64,000 nt of DNA from contig CAMTVR010000025.1 of assembly GCA_947085265.1 (NCBI GenBank), positions 9,948-73,947 on the forward strand, in the 5' to 3' direction. Positions within the stretch are counted from its first letter, which is position 1. Every line of letters begins with the position of its first letter. Made by a program: the position numbers and the translations under genes. The stretch is from an uncultured Bacillus sp. Its GTDB lineage: Bacteria; Bacillota; Bacilli; ZCTH02-B2. This document shows positions 56,954 through 64,000 of this stretch, in pieces. The notes below the pieces were generated by a model. The model saw only the letters and a list, made by a program, of their open reading frames with translations, was not told the origin of the DNA and searched no databases.

Positions 56954-58885
56954 GTGGAGGAATTGCAGATAAACGTGAAAGAGTTCCAGATGAACGCGGT
57001 TGAAAACGGGACGAAACGGTTTTTCAACAGACAAAACGTGGAGATTGGAGCGGTTGCCGTCAGTGGTTTTTTAATTGTCGCTGGATGGATGCTGGATCAT
57101 TTTGGGTGGCCAAAGATGTCCGTTGCTTCCTTTCTGCTCGCTTTTGCCATAGGCGGTTTTTTTAAGGGAAAAGAAGGCTTGGAAGAACTGATTTTTGAGC
57201 GGCAACTGACGGTCAACCTGTTGATGATCCTGGCAGCGGTGGGTTCGGCGATGATTGGGTATTGGGCAGAAGGGGCCGTGCTGATTTTTATTTTTGCTCT
57301 GAGCGGAGCGCTTGAGACTTTCGCGATGAATAAGAGCAACCAGGAAGTCAGCAAACTGATGGCCTTACAGCCGATGGAGGCACGGCTGTATGAAGACGGA
57401 GTGGAAAAAACCGTATCCGTACAGGAACTGCGCGTTGGACAAATCATTCTGGTCAAACCGGGAGATCTAGTGGCGGCGGACGGGACGATTGTCGAAGGTT
57501 CCACTGCCATCGATCAGTCGGCCATTACCGGTGAATCGGTGCCAGTGGAAAAAAATGTCGGAGATGAGGTGCTTGCCGGGACCATCAACGGGAACGGAGG
57601 CATCTTGGTTCGCGTTGATAAACCGCACAACCAGACCCTTTTTCGGCGGATGGTTGAACTGGTTCAGCAGGCGCAGATGGAAAAGCCGCTACAACAAACG
57701 TTTGTCGAACGTTTTGAGAAAAACTATGTCAAGGTGATTTTGGTTGCTGTCATTCTGGTTGCGGTAATTCCCCCACTGTTGATCGGGTGGACGTGGGAAC
57801 AGGCTTTCTATCGTGCGATGGTCTTTCTTGTGGTGGCTTCTCCTTGTGCTTTGGTCGCATCGATTATGCCTGCCATCCTCTCTGCGATTTCCAATGGAGC
57901 CCGCCATGGAGTCCTGTTTAAAGGTGGCACGCAGCTGCAGGTTTTGGATCGGATCAAGGTGATTGCCTTTGACAAGACAGGCACGTTGACCAAAGGGATG
58001 CCTGAAGTAAAAGATATCATATCTCTCGCAGATGAATTTACGGAAGAACAGCTGTTACAGTTCACGGCTTCCGTAGAACAGTTCTCCTCACACCCGCTTG
58101 CTGAAGCGGTGGTCAGAAAGGCCAAGGAATCAGGACTTGAGCTCCTTCATCCGGATGAGATGTCCTCCGTGACAGGATTTGGCGTTCAAGCTTTGCTCAA
58201 TGGACGTCTGTGGAAAATTGGCAAGCGCGAATACATGGAAGCTCCTTTTTCAGACACGGCAGTTGAAAAGGCAGATCAATTGGAAAAACAAGGAAAAACA
58301 GTCATGTTTATTCAACAGGAGGACCGGCTGGTTGGCTTGTTTGCCGTCCAAGATGTCCTTCGCCAAGAGACGGTAGAAGCCATCCAAACGTTAAAAAAGC
58401 TGGGGATTCGTACGGTGATGCTGACCGGGGACTCCCAAGCCACAGCGCAAGCGTTGGCCAATGAAGTTGGACTGGACGAATATTACGCCAATTGCTTGCC
58501 GGATCAAAAAGTGGCGTACATCCAAGAGCTGCGCATGAAGCATGGAAAGATCGCGATGGTGGGTGACGGGGTCAACGACGCACCCGCTTTGGCGGGGGCG
58601 ACGGTCGGCATTGCGATGGGGGCCGGTACGGATGTGGCTCTGGAGACAGCAGATATTGTGTTGATGAAAGATGATCTGTTGGGCCTGCCCTACATGGTTC
58701 GCATGGCCAAAAAAACGAACCGGATCATTCGTCAAAACATCGTTTTTTCGCTTTCCGTGATCGGGCTTTTGATTTTATCTAACTTTTTTCAGGTCATCAC
58801 GTTGCCTCTGGGCGTGATCGGACATGAGGGCAGTACGTTGCTCGTCATTCTCAATGGACTGCGGATGCTGGCATACCGAGAATAA
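56954..58885 (+). CDS. P1B-4-type heavy-metal (Fe2+/Co2+) exporting P-type ATPase, PfeT/CzcP-like, no N-terminal metal-binding domain
   Basis: DKTGTLT, GDGVNDAPALA, TGES; TM6 SPC (ASPCALV) and TM8 HEGST are hallmarks of subgroup P1B-4; the start is ambiguous (GTG 56954, GTG 56975 or ATG 56990). Confidence 0.8.
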   Translation: MEELQINVKEFQMNAVENGTKRFFNRQNVEIGAVAVSGFLIVAGWMLDHFGWPKMSVASFLLAFAIGGFFKGKEGLEELIFERQLTVNLLMILAAVGSAMIGYWAEGAVLIFIFALSGALETFAMNKSNQEVSKLMALQPMEARLYEDGVEKTVSVQELRVGQIILVKPGDLVAADGTIVEGSTAIDQSAITGESVPVEKNVGDEVLAGTINGNGGILVRVDKPHNQTLFRRMVELVQQAQMEKPLQQTFVERFEKNYVKVILVAVILVAVIPPLLIGWTWEQAFYRAMVFLVVASPCALVASIMPAILSAISNGARHGVLFKGGTQLQVLDRIKVIAFDKTGTLTKGMPEVKDIISLADEFTEEQLLQFTASVEQFSSHPLAEAVVRKAKESGLELLHPDEMSSVTGFGVQALLNGRLWKIGKREYMEAPFSDTAVEKADQLEKQGKTVMFIQQEDRLVGLFAVQDVLRQETVEAIQTLKKLGIRTVMLTGDSQATAQALANEVGLDEYYANCLPDQKVAYIQELRMKHGKIAMVGDGVNDAPALAGATVGIAMGAGTDVALETADIVLMKDDLLGLPYMVRMAKKTNRIIRQNIVFSLSVIGLLILSNFFQVITLPLGVIGHEGSTLLVILNGLRMLAYRE

Positions 58886-58965
58886 AATGGTTGCTTTCGC
58901 CAGACAATATAAAAGTGTTCCAGTTGGCTGGCCTAGGAGTACAGAGAAATGGAGAGAAGCAACCA

Positions 58966-59766
58966 ATGCGTGAGCTGATCAGAAGAATATGGTTTCGGTG
59001 GTTTTTGGTGAGAGGGGGGATAGGGTTGGCTGTCTTTACAGCCAGCCTTCTCTTTCTTTTTCCCGTTGGCATTTTTGCTTCACCAAAGACCAGTGTTAAC
59101 GGCATTCCTGAAAGTGATGGTGGGATTGCGCCTGTTTACCGAGTACAGACCAAGGAACAAGTGATCGCCTTGACGTTTGATGATGGTCCTCACCCTGTTT
59201 ATACGGGAAAAATTTTAAAGATGTTAAAAGATAAAGGGATTCGTGCCACCTTTTTTTTAAATGGGTACCAGGTAAAAGCTCATCCCGCTCTGGCGAAACA
59301 AATTGTTCTCCAGGGACACGAAGTGGGGAATCACGGCTATTATCACCGCGACCTGACAAAATTGTCTCCGGTGGAAATTTATCAGGATTTGGCTAAATCG
59401 GGACAGCTGATTAAACGGGTAACGGGGAAAGAGGTGGACTATTTCCGCCCGATGGGGGGCAAATTGAATCGAGACATCGTCTCTTCAGCCCAACGGTTGG
59501 GTATTAAAATTGTGCTTTGGTCCGTGGATCCGAAGGACTGGGACATGAAGAATCCTGCCGCCGTTATTGAACAAACGATGGTCAGCGAATCTGAAAGCGG
59601 CGATATCGTTCTCCTGCATGACGGTGGCGGTCATCAGGAGACGATGATGAAGGCGTTGGACAGAGTCATCCAAAGACTGCAAAAGAAGGGATTCCGGTTT
59701 GTGACGGTGAGCGAACTTTTGGCTGAATCGCAACCGGAACAAAAAGTGCATCTGCCCCTGCCATGA
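58966..59766 (+). CDS. polysaccharide deacetylase family protein (CE4, PdaA/PdaB-like), membrane-anchored
   Basis: TFDDGPHPVYT, HEVGNHGYYH, LLHDGGGH CE4 motifs; N-terminal TM; ATG 58966 after GGAGAGAAG. Confidence 0.8.
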   Translation: MRELIRRIWFRWFLVRGGIGLAVFTASLLFLFPVGIFASPKTSVNGIPESDGGIAPVYRVQTKEQVIALTFDDGPHPVYTGKILKMLKDKGIRATFFLNGYQVKAHPALAKQIVLQGHEVGNHGYYHRDLTKLSPVEIYQDLAKSGQLIKRVTGKEVDYFRPMGGKLNRDIVSSAQRLGIKIVLWSVDPKDWDMKNPAAVIEQTMVSESESGDIVLLHDGGGHQETMMKALDRVIQRLQKKGFRFVTVSELLAESQPEQKVHLPLP

Positions 59767-59875
59767 TTCAAGGGGTCAAATACATATTTATGCAGGTTTA
59801 TTCACATCATAAAGAACAACGTGTTAGTTGGGATTTCCTGACAGCAGGTGGCTTGCCAGACAGGGGTGGAACGTG

Positions 59876-60607
59876 ATGATGGAAGAAACACTGGTCGTGG
59901 TTGTGCGGGCCGGGATTGCGTTTTTTACGCTGTTGATTTATGCGCGCTTGCTCGGCAAGCAGCAAATGGCCAATCTCTCCTTTTTCGATTATATCAATGG
60001 CATTACGATTGGCTCGATAGCAGGTGCGTTGGCGACCGATTTGTCCACGAAGGCATGGGCCCATTGGATGGGCTTGAGCACCTTTGTCGTCTTGACGATT
60101 CTCTTTCAACTCATCACGATGAAAAGTCGCTATCTGTCCAAGATTGTAGACGGGCAACCCGTATTGGTCATTTACAATGGAAAAATGCTGGAGAGGAACA
60201 TCGCTGCATCGCGGATCAAAAAAGATGAGCTGTTGATGTTGCTGCGGAAAAAGAACATTTTTGACATCACGCAGGTGGCTTTTGCCATTTATGAACCAGA
60301 TGGCAATCTCTCGGTGTTGCCAAAAGCCGAATATCAACCGTTGACGCCGAAAGATCTCAATATCCCGGTCAAGCCGGCGGGGCTGATGACCGAATTGATT
60401 TTGGACGGACAGTTGTTGGAGCAAAATCTGAAGCAGCGGAAAAAGGATCAACAGTGGCTGCAATGGCAGCTGCAGGCACAGGGGGTGAGTGATCTGAAAG
60501 AGGTTTCGTTTGCGGCCATTTTGCCAGATGGGCAGCTGTATGTAGACAAATTTGACGATCGGATCGGTGAGGAGTTCGACGTGGGAGATTATCGCGGGCC
60601 GTTTTAA
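59876..60607 (+). CDS. DUF421 (YetF-like) membrane protein
   Basis: N-terminal TM pair followed by a DUF421-like soluble domain; SD GGGGTGGA. Confidence 0.6.
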   Translation: MMEETLVVVVRAGIAFFTLLIYARLLGKQQMANLSFFDYINGITIGSIAGALATDLSTKAWAHWMGLSTFVVLTILFQLITMKSRYLSKIVDGQPVLVIYNGKMLERNIAASRIKKDELLMLLRKKNIFDITQVAFAIYEPDGNLSVLPKAEYQPLTPKDLNIPVKPAGLMTELILDGQLLEQNLKQRKKDQQWLQWQLQAQGVSDLKEVSFAAILPDGQLYVDKFDDRIGEEFDVGDYRGPF

Positions 60608-60620
60608 TGAGGTGATGTTC

Positions 60621-60989
60621 ATGAATACCAAATGGTTTATATATGGAGTACCTATCTTTATTTTGGCATTGAGTGTTGCGGTAATGACCAGCGGGGGACT
60701 GCTGAAGAAGCCCCTCAGGGCGGATGACGACGTCTTCCGACTGGTGGAGGAGGTGGAACAGTTTGTCATCCAAAAGGACTGGGCAACGGCACGTGTAAAA
60801 TCGGTGGCGGCTAACCAAGCGTGGCATCATGTGGTGAACAGGATTCAATTCAGCGTGGAGCGGGAGATGATCATGGAGATCAGCGGAACGCTGGCGCGAA
60901 TCAGGGGTGCCGCCGAAGCGGAGGACGAACAGTCCGCGCTGACAGAGGTGTATTATTTCTATGATTTATGGGACAACCTTGCCAGCTAA
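60621..60989 (+). CDS. DUF4363-like small membrane-anchored protein
   Basis: N-terminal TM, ~120 aa; a pairing with a DUF421 gene is common in spore-formers. Confidence 0.5.
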   Translation: MNTKWFIYGVPIFILALSVAVMTSGGLLKKPLRADDDVFRLVEEVEQFVIQKDWATARVKSVAANQAWHHVVNRIQFSVEREMIMEISGTLARIRGAAEAEDEQSALTEVYYFYDLWDNLAS

Positions 60990-61002
60990 GGAGTGAAGAG
61001 AG

Positions 61003-62058
61003 GTGCCAATCATCGAGGCGATTGGAACGGCCGTCCCTGCATATTGTCTCCGGCAAGAGGATGCCAAGAAATTGGCAGCCAAGTTGTTTCAAGATGTGCA
61101 TCCGGCGCTTGAGCGTTACTTGGCCGTGTTTGATCATGCAGCCATTGAGAGGCGGTATTTTTCCGCCCCTCCGGAATGGTTTGAAGAAGCGCATTCATTT
61201 TCGGAAAAGAACGATTTGTATGTGCGGGCCGCTTGCGATCTGGGCGTACAAGCGACGATGAACTGCTTGGAAGAGATGAACCTCTCGCCAGAAGAGGTGG
61301 ATCATCTGATCGTCGTATCCAGTACCGGCTTGGCCACCCCTAGCCTCGATGCACGTCTGATGAATCGTTTGCCTTTTCGTCCGGATATCCGTCGCACACC
61401 CGTTTGGGGCCTTGGCTGTGCAGGAGGCGCTGCCGGGCTGACATTGGCCTGCGAGTGGGCCCGTGCATTTCCGCGTTCCCGTGTGCTACTTCTGGCGATC
61501 GAATTGTGCGGCTTGACTTTTCAGCGCAATGATATCTCAAAGAGCAATCTCATTGCCACTTCATTATTCGCGGATGGGGCTGCCGCTGTCCTGATCTGTG
61601 GAGATGCGGTGGGCAGAGAAGGGCCGCGATGGCTTGGCAGCATGAGCAAGACTTGGAGAGATACGCTGGATGTGATGGGATGGAAGGTGACAGATGACGG
61701 TCTCGATGTGATCTTTTCAAAAGATATTCCAGCGTTTGTCCGTCACTATTTGCGTGATGCAGTGATGCAGTTTATGCAGAAGCAACAGTTGTCAGGGATC
61801 GATCTCTTCGATCATTTGATTGCTCATCCGGGAGGTGTAAAGGTGATTCAAGCCTATGCTGATGTGTTTGGAGTTCCCACGGACAAATTTTTCCCCTCGT
61901 TGGATGTGCTGAAGAATTACGGAAACATGTCTTCCCCGACGGTGCTCTTTGTATTGAAAAAGGTGATGAAGGAGGCACATCCGGGTTCAGGGGAGTACGG
62001 GCTCCTTTTTGCGTTGGGTCCGGGTTTTAGTTCGGAACAAGTGTTGTTACAGTGGTAA
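61003..62058 (+). CDS. type III polyketide synthase (chalcone synthase family; BpsA/BcsA-like)
   Basis: Catalytic triad contexts GLGCAGGAAGL (Cys), IAHPGGVKV (His), GNMSSPTVLF (Asn); GTG start after GGAGTGAAGAGAG. Confidence 0.8.
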   Translation: MPIIEAIGTAVPAYCLRQEDAKKLAAKLFQDVHPALERYLAVFDHAAIERRYFSAPPEWFEEAHSFSEKNDLYVRAACDLGVQATMNCLEEMNLSPEEVDHLIVVSSTGLATPSLDARLMNRLPFRPDIRRTPVWGLGCAGGAAGLTLACEWARAFPRSRVLLLAIELCGLTFQRNDISKSNLIATSLFADGAAAVLICGDAVGREGPRWLGSMSKTWRDTLDVMGWKVTDDGLDVIFSKDIPAFVRHYLRDAVMQFMQKQQLSGIDLFDHLIAHPGGVKVIQAYADVFGVPTDKFFPSLDVLKNYGNMSSPTVLFVLKKVMKEAHPGSGEYGLLFALGPGFSSEQVLLQW

Positions 62059-62110
62059 ATGATTGTCAAGTGGTAATGATTGCAAAAAGCGTATGATACG
62101 GAACGAAAGG

Positions 62111-62668
62111 GTGCGGGAGTTGAGATGGCTCTTTTGGATCCTGTTTTTCGTCGTGATCGTTCAACGCCTAATCGAATTACTGGTGGCCGCGAGAAATGGG
62201 AGGGCGCTGCGAAGCTTAGGGGGATACGAGGTCGGGGGCGACCATTACAAGTATTTGGTGATCAGTCACCTCTTTTTTTTCATGTCATGGTGGGTGGAGG
62301 TCGTCATTGGACAGCCGGAGATACCTGAATGGTGGATGGTTCCGCTCGGGTTGTTCATATTGGCACAAATTGTTCGGGGATGGGTGATGTTCACCTTGGG
62401 GCCTTACTGGAACACGCGAATTTTTGTGGTGCCAGGCATGCGTCCTGTCAAAAAAGGGCCTTATCGGTGGTTCAGACATCCCAATTATCTGGTGGTAATT
62501 GTGGAGATGATGACGTTGCCACTCGTCTTCGGGGCTTGGTTTACAGCGCTTGTGCCGACGTTGTTAAACCTCATTTTTTTGCTCAAGGTTCGCATCCCGA
62601 TAGAGGAACAGGCGCTTGAGGAAGCCGTTCATTCGACAATGCCCAGTTCTACCAGATCGGCAAAGTGA
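62111..62668 (+). CDS. isoprenylcysteine carboxyl methyltransferase (ICMT) family membrane methyltransferase (BpsB-like)
   Basis: Aligns with B. subtilis BpsB/YpbQ (LIELLVAARNGRAL...HYKYLVISHLFF...RHPNYLVVIVEMM); start uncertain (GTG 62111, TTG 62120 or ATG 62093). Confidence 0.7.
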   Translation: MRELRWLFWILFFVVIVQRLIELLVAARNGRALRSLGGYEVGGDHYKYLVISHLFFFMSWWVEVVIGQPEIPEWWMVPLGLFILAQIVRGWVMFTLGPYWNTRIFVVPGMRPVKKGPYRWFRHPNYLVVIVEMMTLPLVFGAWFTALVPTLLNLIFLLKVRIPIEEQALEEAVHSTMPSSTRSAK

Positions 62669-63309
62669 ATTTGTCCCGTCACCAGCAGGTGATGGTTTTC
62701 TTGATAACGCTTGACGGCTCTTTCTGTCTGTAAATCAAAGATCCCGTTGACACTTCCATGATAATATCCACCCGCTTTGAGCCGGTTTTGCACCATTTGA
62801 ACCAGAGAACCTCTGGAACCTTCCACCAGAATGCGGTAATTCAACCCTTCTGCCCCCAATATGGGACCGTCAATGCGGACCGGGGCATTCAGCGGCACAC
62901 GTTGATATAATTCCTCCACATCCTGATTGCGCATCCGGATGCAGCCGCTGCTGACAGACTGGCCAATCAGGTGAGGCTTGTTAGTTCCGTGGATGCCATA
63001 GGTGCCGAACGGGACATTTAACCCCAACCAGCGCGTGCCGAATCCGCCTCCCCAATCCGCCGATTTTTGGATGATGCGGTAATCGCCGATCGGTGTAGGT
63101 GTATTCGGCGTACCGGGGGCAATGTGGTAGGTTTTTTGGATCTGGCCATTTTCAATGAGGCGCAGTTGACGATGCCAGAGATTGATGTATATTTGAACCT
63201 CGCTTGTTACCCTGGGCGGATGATTGATTGCTGCATTCGCAGGTCGTTGCAGGCAAAAGGAGCCGAGTAATGTGGCAACAAGAATGAGTCTCCATGAATA
63301 TTTGGGCAT
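62629..63309 (-). CDS. L,D-transpeptidase (YkuD family) with a C-terminal peptidoglycan-binding domain, secreted
   Basis: Signal peptide; catalytic SSGCIRM with an upstream His; C-terminal PG_binding_1-like LVQMVQNRLKAGGYYHGSVNGIFDLQTERAVKRYQ; ATG 63309 six nt after GGAAGGG. Confidence 0.8.
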   Translation of the reverse strand: MPKYSWRLILVATLLGSFCLQRPANAAINHPPRVTSEVQIYINLWHRQLRLIENGQIQKTYHIAPGTPNTPTPIGDYRIIQKSADWGGGFGTRWLGLNVPFGTYGIHGTNKPHLIGQSVSSGCIRMRNQDVEELYQRVPLNAPVRIDGPILGAEGLNYRILVEGSRGSLVQMVQNRLKAGGYYHGSVNGIFDLQTERAVKRYQENHHLLVTGQIHFADLVELGIVE

Positions 63310-63370
63310 GCCCATCCCTTCCAAATGATCATCTCATGTCGTGGATTTCGTTTTTTAGATTGGACTGTTT

Positions 63371-63420
63371 GATAAAAGACCATACCCAGATTTGAGGTTC
63401 TGGGTATGGCTTCTGTTTTG
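63371..63420. terminator. terminator hairpin downstream of the lpd-like gene
   Basis: CCATACCCAGA-tttgaggt-TCTGGGTATGG with flanking A/T tracts. Confidence 0.55.
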
Positions 63421-63440
63421 CTGTGCCGTTTAGGCATTTT

Positions 63441-64000
63441 TTATTTGCTCATCATGTGAATGCCGCGTCCGAGGGCCACTTCCGCCGCTTCTGCCACTGC
63501 TTCCGATAGGGTGGGATGGGGATGTACAGTGAGACTCAGATCTTCTAAGGTCGTTCCCATTTCGATGGCCAACGCCGCTTCTGCGATCATGGTGGAAGCC
63601 TCAGGACCGACGATCTGCACACCAAGGACGTGCTGTGTTGTCTTGTCTGCGACGATGTGGACGAAACCATCCGGTTTGTTGAGCGAAAGGGCGCGGCCAT
63701 TGGCTTGGAATGGGAAGCGGGCTGTGACGACTTCGATGCCTTGTTCCTTGGCGGCATCTTTGGTCAGACCAACGCTGGCCATTTCCGGGTCGCTGAAGAT
63801 GACAAAAGGCATTGCCTTATAATCCGTAGCGCTTGGCATCCCGGCAATCGCTTCGGCGGCGACCTTTGCTTCATGGTAGGCCTTGTGCGCCAGCATCGGT
63901 TCACCCACCACGTCACCAATCGCATAGATGTGTGGAATGGAGGTTTGTTGCTGTTGGTTTACTTTGATAAAGCCGCGCTCGGTCCGCTCAACGCCGATCG
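63441..64000 (-). CDS. dihydrolipoyl dehydrogenase (E3), C-terminal ~185 aa (5' part beyond the window end)
   Basis: C-terminal dimerisation-domain motifs VHPHPTLSEAV...HMMSK and an upstream FAD/NAD-domain sequence. Confidence 0.85.
   Translation of the reverse strand, partial: IGVERTERGFIKVNQQQQTSIPHIYAIGDVVGEPMLAHKAYHEAKVAAEAIAGMPSATDYKAMPFVIFSDPEMASVGLTKDAAKEQGIEVVTARFPFQANGRALSLNKPDGFVHIVADKTTQHVLGVQIVGPEASTMIAEAALAIEMGTTLEDLSLTVHPHPTLSEAVAEAAEVALGRGIHMMSK

Noticed and set aside
56115-62668. tRNA-adjacent genomic island
   Set aside because: No integrase or duplicated tRNA 3' end is present, and the downstream genes (thioesterase, P-type ATPase, deacetylase, DUF421, PKS) have host-like composition.
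1-64000. CRISPR arrays, rRNA genes, IS elements, prophage genes
   Set aside because: None detected: no spaced repeat arrays, no rRNA-like segments, and no transposase/integrase/phage structural motifs in any frame.

Overview
This is a 64-kb chromosomal segment, about 55% GC, most likely from an endospore-forming Bacillales genome. Lineage markers are a ComK-family protein, a sigma factor next to DUF1659, DUF2922 and YvrJ genes, YlaN and YugN homologues, a DUF421/DUF4363 pair, an FtsW/RodA/SpoVE-family protein and a BpsA/BpsB-like type III PKS pair. I call about 57 protein-coding genes, one tRNA-Pro(CGG), and several rho-independent terminators and sigma-A-type promoters. There is no rRNA, CRISPR array, transposase or integrase. 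The gene content is mostly housekeeping or accessory metabolism: an acyl-CoA cluster, two-component signalling, feoAB, an M1 peptidase, two tandem chemoreceptors, a GGDEF-EAL protein, an ECF sigma with anti-sigma and ABC transporter, glutamate dehydrogenase and a P1B-4 ATPase. The more unusual observations are listed below. Each needs confirmation by homology search.
- A same-strand run of genes: a cytoplasmic ApbE flavin transferase, two signal-anchored acidic low-complexity proteins and a ferric-reductase-like heme membrane protein, then an OmpR/HK pair. It looks like an uncharacterised flavin/heme redox module.
- An HMG-CoA-synthase-like protein fused to DUF35 that appears to lack its nucleophilic cysteine, followed by an SCP-x-type thiolase (archaeal/PhlACB-like architecture).
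- feoB is split into a GTPase ORF and a membrane ORF, and the second has its own SD and ATG.
- A perfect 26-bp inverted repeat sits at the feoA transcription start.
- A LexA (Cheo) box lies inside the promoter of the comK-like gene.
- A PerR/Fur-type box lies in the promoter of the PfeT-like ATPase gene.
- A deletion remnant of an ECF-sigma/ABC operon.
- Several unannotated small genes: a YvrJ-family gene, an Arc-like RHH gene, and two possible small hydrophobic-peptide ORFs (weakest).
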